DNA of 64,000 nucleotides from an uncultured Candidatus Saccharibacteria bacterium (GTDB taxonomy: Bacteria; Patescibacteriota; Saccharimonadia; Saccharimonadales; JBBQAJ01). Under the pieces are notes generated by a model. It ran no database searches. It saw only the letters and a program-made list of their open reading frames with translations, and was not told where the DNA came from. This document shows, one piece after another, positions 59,899 through 64,000 of this stretch. Position 1 is the stretch's first letter. The number at the start of each line of letters is the position of its first letter. The position numbers and the translations under genes are program-made. The DNA lies in contig CAZQZT010000003.1 of assembly GCA_964597925.1 (NCBI GenBank), positions 35,199 to 99,198 on the forward strand. The letters are read 5' to 3'.

Positions 59899-60001
59899 CC
59901 CTTTACAAACTTCTTAGGGTTATGTAAAATATGTTAGTAACTCGTGTGAGTGCTTTATTTTCTCACGCAAAATTATTTAGTAAATAAGGAGACAAACTAC
60001 T

Positions 60002-61183
60002 ATGGCAGATTTTGACCGTAGCAAGCCTCATGTGAACGTTGGTACTATGGGCCACGTTGACCACGGCAAAACCACGCTAACCGCAGCTATTACTGCTGTA
60101 CTAGCAAAAAGACTTCCCAGCGAAGTGAACAAACCAGTTGCGTATGATCAGATCGACAACGCTCCAGAAGAAAAAGCTCGCGGTATCACCATCGCTACTT
60201 CTCATCAAGAGTATGAAAGCGAAAAGCGTCACTACGCCCACGTCGACATGCCAGGTCACGCTGACTACGTTAAAAACATGATTACTGGTGCCGCCCAGAT
60301 TGACGGTGCTATTTTGGTAGTTGGTGCCAACGACGGCCCATTACCACAAACGCGTGAACACGTACTTCTTGCCAAGCAAGTTGGGGTGCCAAAGATCTTA
60401 GTCTTCATGAATAAAATGGACTTAGCTGATCCAGAACTGATTGAACTAGTTGAAATGGATATACGTGAACTTCTAGCAAAAAACGGTTTTGACGAAAACG
60501 CTCCTATCATTAAAGGTTCTGCTACGAAGGCTTTGGCTGGCGACGCAGAAAATGAAGATGCCATCATGGAACTCGTCAAAGCTATGGATGAATTTATCGA
60601 AGAACCTAAGCGTGAATTAGATAAACCATTCCTCATGCCTATAGAAGACGTCTTCTCTATCAAAGGTCGTGGCACTGTAGCTACTGGTCGTGTAGAAACC
60701 GGAATTGTTAAAGTTAACGAAGAAGTTGAAATTGTCGGTATCCGCCCAACTAAAAAAGTTGTGGTAACCGGAGTAGAAATGTTCAAAAAGAACCTAGACC
60801 AAGGTCAAGCAGGTGATAACGTTGGCGTACTACTTCGTGGAATTGAGCGCGATGATATTGAACGCGGGCAAGTGCTTTGCAAACCAGGTAGCATCACACC
60901 TCACACTGAATTTGACGCAGAAGTTTACATCCTAACCAAAGAAGAGGGTGGCCGGCACACGCCATTTTTCAAAGGTTACAAGCCACAGTTTTATTTCCGT
61001 ACTACTGACGTAACTGGTGAAGTAGAACTTCCAGCAGACAAAGAGATGGTCATGCCAGGCGACACTATAACTTTCAAAGTTAAACTGCTCGCTCCAATAG
61101 CCATGGAACAAGGTTTACGCTTTGCCATACGTGAAGGTGGCCGAACCGTCGGTGCCGGCGTAGTAACCAAAGTAACAAAATAG
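60002..61183 (+). CDS. tuf: Elongation factor Tu
   Basis: [18 protein letters not shown] and NKMD motifs. Confidence 0.95.
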   Translation: MADFDRSKPHVNVGTMGHVDHGKTTLTAAITAVLAKRLPSEVNKPVAYDQIDNAPEEKARGITIATSHQEYESEKRHYAHVDMPGHADYVKNMITGAAQIDGAILVVGANDGPLPQTREHVLLAKQVGVPKILVFMNKMDLADPELIELVEMDIRELLAKNGFDENAPIIKGSATKALAGDAENEDAIMELVKAMDEFIEEPKRELDKPFLMPIEDVFSIKGRGTVATGRVETGIVKVNEEVEIVGIRPTKKVVVTGVEMFKKNLDQGQAGDNVGVLLRGIERDDIERGQVLCKPGSITPHTEFDAEVYILTKEEGGRHTPFFKGYKPQFYFRTTDVTGEVELPADKEMVMPGDTITFKVKLLAPIAMEQGLRFAIREGGRTVGAGVVTKVTK

Positions 61184-61205
61184 TTAAGAGCTACCGAGAA
61201 GCCAA

Positions 61206-61240
61206 AAAGAGCTCTGAGCAATCAGAGCTCTTTCTTTATT
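61206..61240 (+). terminator. Rho-independent terminator after tuf
   Basis: Perfect 12-bp stem AAAGAGCTCTGA/TCAGAGCTCTTT with loop GCAA, followed by CTTTATT. Confidence 0.75.
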
Positions 61241-61348
61241 AAAGATAATATTGTACAGTCATAACTGTAAACTAATGGTGATGACTAAAAGTCGTCTCGA
61301 TATATCTTTATAGTATCGTGAAGTTGTTACATCACAAGGAGTCAGATT

Positions 61349-61825
61349 ATGGCGGAAGCCAAAAAACCTGTAGCTAAGAAGGCTACTGATAAGAATCCAG
61401 CTGCAAAGGCAGCCGCAAAACCTAAAGCAGAAAAAAAAGTTCCAGCTGAAGTTGTCGCTGAACCAGTAGCAGAAACAAAGCCAATGGTTGTGGTAGCAAA
61501 GGACAAAGCTGAAGCACCAGTCAAGCAGAGAATTCGAATTCGTTTGAAGGCTTATGACCATAAAGTAATAGACCAGTCTACTAAGCAGATCGTAGATGTT
61601 GCACTGCGTACTGGTGCTACAATTGCCGGACCAATTCCTTTTCCGACAAAGAAGACAACATACACAGTAGTAAAAAGCCCTCACGTATTCAAAAAGGGCC
61701 GTGAACAGTTCGAAATGCGGGTCCACAAACGCCTAATCGATGTATATGAACCAACGCCAAAAACAATAGATAGCCTCATGAACCTATCATTACCTGCCGG
61801 TTGCGATGCAGAAATTAAGATGTAA
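61349..61825 (+). CDS. rpsJ: 30S ribosomal protein S10 with a ~55-aa Lys/Ala/Pro-rich N-terminal extension
   Basis: Strong RBS AAGGAG 7 nt before ATG 61349. The S10 core begins [18 protein letters not shown]. The N-terminal 55 aa are histone-H1-like KAP-rich. Confidence 0.85.
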   Translation: MAEAKKPVAKKATDKNPAAKAAAKPKAEKKVPAEVVAEPVAETKPMVVVAKDKAEAPVKQRIRIRLKAYDHKVIDQSTKQIVDVALRTGATIAGPIPFPTKKTTYTVVKSPHVFKKGREQFEMRVHKRLIDVYEPTPKTIDSLMNLSLPAGCDAEIKM

Positions 61826-62367
61826 TGATTTGGGGAGCTGTTGACTTGACCATCATGTCGGCCAGAGAGACGGTAGTCGAAATCAATTCATAAAACTTTA
61901 GTAACTTCGTTACCCCAGCAACATTACGTGTAAAGTACTGACTACTCGGAACAGTCGCACAATAGTGATAATCACTAGCTCATAGGCTTTTGGACCCAAA
62001 CTGGCATATTCATTACGGTTTTATGACAAATTACTGCTGCTCTGATTTTGAAAATATACTATTTATACACGAATTCAAGTGGAACAGAGGTTTACGAAAG
62101 CAGATTCGCAATGAGCGAGTCAGTCAATCGAAAATAGAGTTTGCGGACGAAGCTTATCGAACTAACATAATGTAGTATAAACAACGGCTTGACAGAGGTA
62201 TCAGTTTACTGGTACTCTGTTATGGTATCTAAATAGATTTCTTGGTCAATTGGCTAGGTTCGCTATCACAACGAGAGCGAAAACCAGCAATGACCAAGCG
62301 TTTTTATTTTTCGCCTCCGAGAGGAATGTGCGAAATGAGCAATAACGTTAAGGGTTTGTAGTATCAC

Positions 62368-62979
62368 ATGAAAGCATTCATAACCAGAAAAGTCGGCATG
62401 ACCAGCACTATCGCAAAAGATGGTGTTATGCAAGCTGTTACTTTGCTTTCGGCTACACCAAATACCGTGACACAAATTAAGAACAACGAAACAGATGGTT
62501 ATATGTCAGTGCAAATGGGTATGGGAACAGCCAAAAAGATGGGAAAATCGCTCGCAGGACATTTCAAGCTCTCAAAGACCCAGCCCAAGGTTACTCGTGA
62601 GTTCCGTATTACTGAAACACAAGAAGACCTAAACGTCGGCTCGCAACTAGCAGCCGACGTTTTTAGTGTAGGTGACGTTGTGCACGTTACCGGTACCAGC
62701 AAAGGTAAGGGCTGGGCAGGTACAATCAAGCGTCACAACTTCCACCGTGGACGCAAAACTCATGGTGGTGGGTCTTATCGACGCCCAGGTTCTATAGGTT
62801 CTATGTATCCACAAAAGATTTTCAAAGGCAAAAAGATGGCCGGACAAATGGGTGACGAACAAGTTACCGTACGAAACCTCACGGTAGCCCTTGTAGACTT
62901 AGAACTCGGCATGATTGGCGTGACCGGCGCGGTGCCTGGACCACGCAAAGGTATTGTCTTGATACGAGGAGCCAAATAA
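62368..62979 (+). CDS. rplC: 50S ribosomal protein L3
   Basis: Canonical L3 (KVGMTS...; GKGWAGTIKRHNF.RG...HG). Confidence 0.9.
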   Translation: MKAFITRKVGMTSTIAKDGVMQAVTLLSATPNTVTQIKNNETDGYMSVQMGMGTAKKMGKSLAGHFKLSKTQPKVTREFRITETQEDLNVGSQLAADVFSVGDVVHVTGTSKGKGWAGTIKRHNFHRGRKTHGGGSYRRPGSIGSMYPQKIFKGKKMAGQMGDEQVTVRNLTVALVDLELGMIGVTGAVPGPRKGIVLIRGAK

Positions 62980-63656
62980 TGAGTACGGCTACTTACACCA
63001 AGACAGGAACCAAAGCCACTACTCCAGCTAAACTGGATAAATCGGTCTTTGGTGTTGTCCCAGAAAACCACGAGCTTCTAAAATCAGCCTATGTTGCTTA
63101 TCTAGCAAATGGCCGCACAAGTGCTGGCAAAACCAAAACTCGCGGCCTAGTCCGTGGTGGTGGACGCAAGCCTTGGAAACAAAAAGGCACAGGTCGCGCA
63201 CGTTTTGGCTCATCACGTAACCCTATCTGGCGCGGTGGTGGAATTGTATTTGGTCCAACCGGCGAAGAAAACTACAGCCACAAAATGCACACCACAGCTA
63301 AGCGCAAAGCAGTTCGCCAAGCATTAAGCGTTGCATCTGCAGAAAACAAACTCATAATTATTGAAACTTTTGAATGCAAAGAAGGCAAAGTTGCACCAAC
63401 CATAAAACTACTCGACAAAATTGGAGCAAAGGGTAATGTTTTACTGGCAGTGAGCGTTAAGGATGATCTAGTTGAGCGTGCTACACGAAATCTAACAAAC
63501 GTTAAAGTTGTACAAGCAAAATACCTGAATGTATACGACCTAATGAATGCCGATACAGTAGTGTTGAGCAAAAAAGCACTAGATATGGTAACTGAATGGC
63601 TTGCACCCGCTAAGGAGACTTCCTCCACCGCCAAGGCTACGGAGGATAAAAAGTAA
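62979..63656 (+). CDS. rplD: 50S ribosomal protein L4
   Basis: KPWKQKGTGRARFGS L4 motif. Start overlaps the rplC stop. Confidence 0.9.
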   Translation: MSTATYTKTGTKATTPAKLDKSVFGVVPENHELLKSAYVAYLANGRTSAGKTKTRGLVRGGGRKPWKQKGTGRARFGSSRNPIWRGGGIVFGPTGEENYSHKMHTTAKRKAVRQALSVASAENKLIIIETFECKEGKVAPTIKLLDKIGAKGNVLLAVSVKDDLVERATRNLTNVKVVQAKYLNVYDLMNADTVVLSKKALDMVTEWLAPAKETSSTAKATEDKK

Positions 63657-64000
63657 TGGATAAGACCATGACTATCAAACCTCGCATTAGTGAAAAGGCT
63701 TATGCACTCAGCCAGACTCAGAATGTGTACGTACTACAGGTTCCTTCAGATGCAAACCGTTTGATGGTTGCCGATGCAGTAACAGCACAGTTTGGCGTCA
63801 CAGTTACGAAAGTGAATATTTCTAATGCCAAAGGAAAAGTTAAGCGTACTGTTCGTAAAGGCGGACGTCAGACCTTTGGAAAACGACCAGATACTAAGAA
63901 GGCTTACGTAACGCTTAAAGAAGGCGATAGTATTGCAATCTTTGCAACAGATGACGATGAGAAAAAGAACGATAAAGCTGCCGAAAAGTCTAAAAAAGCT
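63656..64000 (+). CDS. rplW: 50S ribosomal protein L23 (3' end runs off the window), with a charged C-terminal extension
   Basis: ATG 63656 overlaps the rplD stop. RISEKAY...VYVLQV...AKGKVKR matches L23. No stop before position 64000. Confidence 0.8.
   Translation, partial: MDKTMTIKPRISEKAYALSQTQNVYVLQVPSDANRLMVADAVTAQFGVTVTKVNISNAKGKVKRTVRKGGRQTFGKRPDTKKAYVTLKEGDSIAIFATDDDEKKNDKAAEKSKKA

Noticed and set aside
61826-62367. tmRNA, RNase P RNA or SRP RNA in the rpsJ-rplC gap
   Set aside because: No tag-peptide reading frame ending in ...ALAA with a terminal CCA, and no RNase P P4 (AGGAAAGTCCGGGCTCC) or SRP domain IV consensus visible. Left as an unexplained spacer; see findings.
1-64000. CRISPR arrays, IS elements, integrases or prophage genes
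   Set aside because: No repeat-spacer arrays, no transposase/integrase/recombinase-like ORFs, and no terminal inverted repeats flanking any segment. The window looks like core chromosome.

Overview
This window is a dense, mostly plus-strand block of housekeeping genes from a small, streamlined bacterial genome. I could not identify a clearly novel multi-gene system with recognisable mobility or defence hallmarks; the candidates below are individually uncharacterised and need database, structure and expression work.

Why I think it is a reduced, Gram-positive-like genome, possibly Patescibacteria/Saccharibacteria-like (inference only):
- Transketolase is split into N- and C-terminal subunits.
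- The region around rpoB lacks the usual rplJ-rplL genes.
- Many ribosomal and replication proteins carry charged low-complexity tails.
- PBP1A, ClpC and CIRCE operators are present.
- Overall GC is mid-40s %.

Core content identified from protein motifs:
- Sugar metabolism: split transketolase, class II aldolase, a PfkB kinase.
- DNA repair and replication: uvrB, dnaE, rnhB, radA, recG.
- Translation: gatCAB, tyrS, hisS, and the str/S10 ribosomal block rpoB-rpoC-rpsL-rpsG-fusA-tuf-rpsJ-rplC-rplD-rplW.
- Protein quality control: nusA, clpC, clpP, tig, pepN.
- Cell envelope and other: PBP1A, galU, rsmD, malic enzyme, an orphan pilB.
- One tRNA-Leu(UAG) and three good intrinsic terminators.

The most notable observations:
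1. Two near-perfect CIRCE (HrcA-type) inverted repeats sit over the -35 boxes of sigma70-like promoters directly upstream of clpC and clpP. The clp genes therefore appear to belong to an HrcA-type heat-shock regulon rather than being CtsR/ClgR controlled.
2. A clpC-[membrane HExxH protein]-radA arrangement follows nusA.
3. A standalone hisI-like cyclohydrolase gene lies next to hisS, behind a promoter-plus-terminator leader.
4. A 540-bp non-coding gap splits rpsJ from rplC inside the S10 operon.
5. S10, L19, L23, RpoB and DnaE carry Lys/Ala/Glu-rich or acidic extensions.
6. Several clusters of unannotatable proteins are present: a divergent 220-aa/418-aa pair plus a LOG/TIGR00725 Rossmann protein at 4.0-6.9 kb, a 296-aa protein plus an RHH-like mini-ORF upstream of rpoB, and an alpha/beta-hydrolase fusion.

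I found no CRISPR array, transposase, integrase or prophage signature.
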